From assembly GCF_964204865.1 (NCBI RefSeq), contig NC_135250.1:26412001-26476000 (forward strand): a stretch of 64,000 bases of DNA, written 5' to 3'. Within the stretch, counting starts at the first letter, position 1. The number at the start of each line of letters is the position of its first letter. The position numbers and the translations under genes were made by a program. This DNA comes from Styela clava (lineage: Eukaryota). The notes under the pieces were generated by a model. The model was not told where the DNA came from. It did not search any database and saw only the letters and a list, made by a program, of their open reading frames with translations. Positions 63,781 through 64,000 of the stretch are shown one piece after another.

Positions 63781-64000
63781 GTAATAACTTCAAACTCTTT
63801 TGAAAAAACATGCGCAATATATTTATTAAATTATATATTTTTCCTAATTATTTTTTTATGTTTTACATAGACTGTGTCTCTTGAAATATACGAACCCCCA
63901 AACTTTGACCGTCATAAAAAACTAACATTTAATAGAATAATATTGGGCGCGTTTAGAATTGTCGTTATCAGCAGCATGGTGAACTATATGAGAGAGCGCA

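Overview
AT-rich (~30% GC), intron-rich eukaryotic DNA. It is probably an invertebrate chordate such as an ascidian, but that is an inference from gene style and repeats. The window is a birth-and-death cluster of six related, spliced type-I membrane receptor genes that the ORF track only shows in fragments. Two copies splice into complete 15-exon, 703-aa ORFs and face each other (15550-27120 +; 57979-48811 -). Their architecture is signal peptide, C-type lectin domain (EPN), Ig, 2x FN3-like, an RPTP-type juxtamembrane FN3-like domain, TM, and a short tail with no catalytic domain but four Tyr motifs including an ITSM (TxYENV). The other four copies are damaged or partial: a truncated, possibly secreted-lectin copy (3140-7055), an orphan first exon (9584), a short CTL-(Ig)-TM copy whose tail lacks the ITSM (35820-40869), and a CTL pseudogene (44743-46344). 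Also present: tandem minimal hammerhead-ribozyme motifs in intron 1 of the short-type genes (10.2 kb, 36.4 kb), a heavily decayed intronless NACHT/NLR-like ORF (~10.6-12.6 kb, -), a full-length but frameshifted ZMYM1-type hAT transposon, a decayed Tc1/mariner element, several hAT MITEs with TSDs and empty paralogous sites, and an abundant MITE family carrying YY1-like and TTAGGG motifs. All exon structures were derived by hand from GT-AG sites, phase matching and paralog comparison; no database search or transcript evidence was available.
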